Origin: a bacterium
GTDB taxonomy: Bacteria; Hinthialibacterota; Hinthialibacteria; Hinthialibacterales; Hinthialibacteraceae
DNA: 20,565 bases
Assembly (NCBI GenBank): GCA_963663405.2
Contig: CAXXSM010000037.1
Coordinates: 1 to 20,565 of the forward strand
Direction: 5' to 3'
Shown here: positions 17,661-20,565 of the stretch, piece after piece
Position numbering within the stretch: position 1 is the first letter of the stretch
How the letters are laid out: each line of letters opens with the position of its first letter
The notes under the pieces: model-generated
The model's input: only the letters and a program-made list of their open reading frames with translations
Told to the model about the DNA's origin: nothing
Databases searched by the model: none
Position numbers and translations under genes: made by a program

Positions 17661-19204
17661 TTATTTCTTTACAATAACCGCAACCCAGTGGGCTGTATCA
17701 TCTGGACGTGTAATGGTGACTGCTCCCTCTCCCTTTATTGTTTTTGTTATTCCCCATTTTCCTGTATCAATATTTATCCAATCAATTTCAAACGTTATGT
17801 CTGGATAGTGATCTAATTGCAAATCCACGGAACCCTGTCCGCTTTTCGTAAAGTAAAGAATATACGCTTTTCCTGGATCAGCCCCCAAATAGGCCTCGTC
17901 AGATTCCCGGTTCGACAATAAATCAAGCCTTGGTTTGACATCCCAGAATTTGACTTTAGACTCAACGAATCGTGTCGCTCTTATACAATTCTTTGATTCC
18001 TCGCATAATCCAATACCCGCTGTCGGGCGATGAAATCGCACTCCGGCCACACCGGCCAGGAGATTGCGCCACCATTCTTCGATTGCGTTTTCTGAATCAC
18101 CGGGTTTGAATCCACTCCAAGGTTTGTTGTCCAGAGCAAGATCATTGCCGTAAATTTTAGTCATATGCAAAAGGTAAGGGGGATCAGTATTTGTTAATTT
18201 GTTGGATAGCCACATCACCGCATCCCAGTGGTCTTCATCCCGATGCCGGCTATTCGCCTGTGATATATCAATGTAGTCGTAACGGTCTCGATGGTCACAG
18301 ACAATCTTTACGCCACGCGAGTTTTCCTGCTAGATAGATATCATCAAACATATCGGTTGTGCATACGGATTTTCCTTTGGCGTTAGCGGATGATTCAATG
18401 TACTTCATCCAATATTGCCCCCATGCGGGATCTTCATGCGTTTCATTGTTCATGCAATACAAAACATTGTTGTATTTCAGAGTGATCGAAAGAAGTTTGT
18501 CGACAAATTTCTCTTGGTATTTTCGGACTTCATCATATTTTTGTTTCCGTTCGTCCGAGGCGTTCTCATACACAGGATGTCCGGGAACTCCTTGTAGAAA
18601 AGGGTGATTGTGAAACGAGCCATAGCTGGATTCAAGCCCGGATGATGTTGAAGAGTAATTCACATTGTTCTTTGGATTCCACGGGCTTTTCGGCCAGGAT
18701 CCCCAACTGCCATCGATCAAAATCGAACCGGTCCCACACTTCGATCTGCACGATGATATCTCGTTTTTTCGCTTCGGAGATGAACATCTCCAATCGTTCC
18801 CAGAAGGCGCCTGTCATGGAATTCAGATCGTACCCATCTGCGTTTCGGGCGCAGAACGCAAACCCTTGGATGCTGGACGCCATACCTGGATTGAGCACAC
18901 AACGTAGATAATTTCCCCCGGCTGTTGCCATCTCATCCATAGCCTGTTTGATTTGTTTTTCCGAACTTACACCGGATTTATCTCGATCGTTATCCGTATC
19001 ATGATCAATAAAGGGATTGTGACCATGATTCCAGGCGCCAAGAAGCAAGACACGATGGCCATTATATTTCCAATACTGACCGTCCACTTCGATTTGGGTG
19101 AATGCAAAACCACCGCATGTAATAATAATGAAAAATCCCAAAATGAATTCTACGAATAGAAATGAGTAAATCGAATTGATCGAATTCTTCGGATAAGTTT
19201 TCAT
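17661..19204 (-). CDS. Secreted glycoside-hydrolase-like (clan GH-A / DUF4038-DUF6298-like TIM barrel) protein with C-terminal beta-sandwich; two frameshifts (~513 aa repaired)
   Basis: ATG 19204 follows AAAGGAG. The ORFs 18632..19270, 18295..18720 and 17661..18218 join into one protein after removing one base at 18719-18722 and one near 18322-18327. Motifs: GGNYLRC, FWERLEMFISEAKKRDIIVQIEVWDRFD, PWNPKNNVNY, NVLYCMNNE (putative acid/base Glu), and C-terminal WINIDTGKW...HWVAVI. Confidence 0.75.
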
Positions 19205-19476
19205 ATTGTTTCGCTCCTTTTTTGATATTTGTTTTGTATGGTACTCTTTTATCAAAATCAGCTCAATCATCTAGAGAAGCAAGTTCTTATATCCGGGATT
19301 CTATCCTTGAATCAGCGCAAGCCAAATTAATAAATCTCCTTAAATCATAGAATCGCATTCATCGATAGGTATACGCTCCACTCTTCGGCATTTCCCACAA
19401 CATCTTATACTAAAATATAGTACAAGCGGCTCAGATTCGGCGCCCTCACACCATTCACAAAGAAAGGAACACAATA

Positions 19477-20043
19477 ATGCCAGAATCCACCAATCCACAA
19501 AGAGAAAAACACACCCACCGGGGTAAATCTTCTGAAAACCATATGGACAAGAATGTCATACTATCTCATTTACCGATTCAACCCGGCCAAATGATCCTCG
19601 ACGCCGGTTGCGGAAATGGATATATGACAAAAGAATTCGCCCGTCTTACAGGAGTAACCGGCAAAGTCTACGCCCTGGATCCAGATACCGAATCAATCGA
19701 AATCCTGCAAGCGGAAACGGAAGGAACCGGAATCGAAGCGTTTGAGGGTGATATCACGAAAGAAACAAAACTGCCCGCGTCCTCCATCGACCTGATTTAT
19801 ATTTCTACTGTTATACATGGCTTTTCAAAAACAGGCATGGAAGGATTAATAACCGAAGTCAATCGCCTGTTGAAACCGGGTGGAAGGCTTGCCATTGTAG
19901 AAATCAAAAAGCAAAACACCCCCTTCGGTCCCCCAATGGAAATACGATTCTCTCCAGAAGAACTACAACAGACTATCAATCTAAATCCTACGGGTTTGTA
20001 CGATATAAATGAAAATTTTTATATGCAGTTATTTACAAAGTAG
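19477..20043 (+). CDS. Class I SAM-dependent methyltransferase
   Basis: Motif I ILDAGCGNG, KVYALD, SIDLIY, and RLLKPGGRLAIVE. SD GAAAGGA upstream. Confidence 0.92.
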   Translation: MPESTNPQREKHTHRGKSSENHMDKNVILSHLPIQPGQMILDAGCGNGYMTKEFARLTGVTGKVYALDPDTESIEILQAETEGTGIEAFEGDITKETKLPASSIDLIYISTVIHGFSKTGMEGLITEVNRLLKPGGRLAIVEIKKQNTPFGPPMEIRFSPEELQQTINLNPTGLYDINENFYMQLFTK

Positions 20044-20066
20044 AATCCCTTCACAACATCGGCTCA

Positions 20067-20565
20067 TCAATCCGTAGGTATTAACCCACCCCCATCCACA
20101 ACCGGAGCCGGACAGGGTGTCACTTCCGGATTCCATCCCCGAATCCCCCACTTCCGCACACGCCCAAAGTAGGCCAAATTGATCCCCGCCGCGAAAGGAA
20201 GAGACTTCAGTCCCTTCGGACGCAGAGCGTATCGAGCCAGGCGTTTAGCGATTCGCCACGGTTGATAGAATTCGCGGGTAATCCAATCATGCCCCGCCTT
20301 CAATTCAACCGCGGTCATGCCGCGTGGTTGAAAGACAGCGTGATGAAAATCATAATGCGCCCAATCAGTGTCAAGAATGCGCCCCTTCATCGATTTCGCC
20401 AACGGCGTGCCAGGAAGAGGCGTGACAATCGACGCCTGAATCGCGTCCACTTCCAGCTCATCGAGAATTTTCAGTGTCCGCGCAAACACGCCCGGATCGT
20501 CTCCTTCAAATCCAAAGACGATCCCCGCTTCGATACCGATTCCATGCGCGTGCAGAATCCGGATC
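20067..20565 (-). CDS. Radical SAM protein (B12-binding-domain type), 5'-partial C-terminal part
   Basis: The frame stays open to the right edge: IRILHAHGIGIEAGIVFGFEGDDPGVFARTL...SIVTPLPGTPL...GRILDTDWAHYDFHHAVFQPRGMTAVEL. The FGFxxD, TPLPGTPL and W..YD motifs are typical of this family's C-terminus. The CxxxCxxC motif would lie outside the window. Confidence 0.8.
   Translation of the reverse strand, partial: IRILHAHGIGIEAGIVFGFEGDDPGVFARTLKILDELEVDAIQASIVTPLPGTPLAKSMKGRILDTDWAHYDFHHAVFQPRGMTAVELKAGHDWITREFYQPWRIAKRLARYALRPKGLKSLPFAAGINLAYFGRVRKWGIRGWNPEVTPCPAPVVDGGGLIPTD

Noticed and set aside
13645-18722. Alternative genetic code or stop-codon readthrough as an explanation for the broken genes
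   Set aside because: All breaks require frame changes, not readthrough. TAA, TAG and TGA all act as normal stops elsewhere in the window.

Overview
Bacterial window dominated by genes for secreted proteins, several probably carbohydrate-active. Left to right: (1) a >680-aa secreted PcRGLX/YetA (PL26)-like protein on the minus strand that runs off the left edge and is missing from the ORF track; (2) a C-terminal remnant of an FAD-dependent oxidoreductase; (3) a minus-strand pair encoding a CE15 glucuronoyl esterase and a chimeric beta-propeller protein; (4) a giant (~3,150 aa once repaired) modular surface protein with six ~182-aa beta-helix repeats, eight carboxypeptidase-regulatory-like repeats, a Cys-bracketed helical insert, a DPNEK domain and a dockerin-like tail; (5) a probably secreted carbon-nitrogen hydrolase; (6) a frameshifted GH-like TIM-barrel protein; (7) a class I SAM methyltransferase; (8) the 3' end of a radical SAM gene. 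Five single-base frameshifts at short homopolymers break three genes, most likely through assembly error. I saw no rRNA, tRNA, CRISPR array or transposase. The best candidate for something undescribed is the giant protein and its helical 'cargo' domain. All family calls come from motif recognition by eye, not from database searches.
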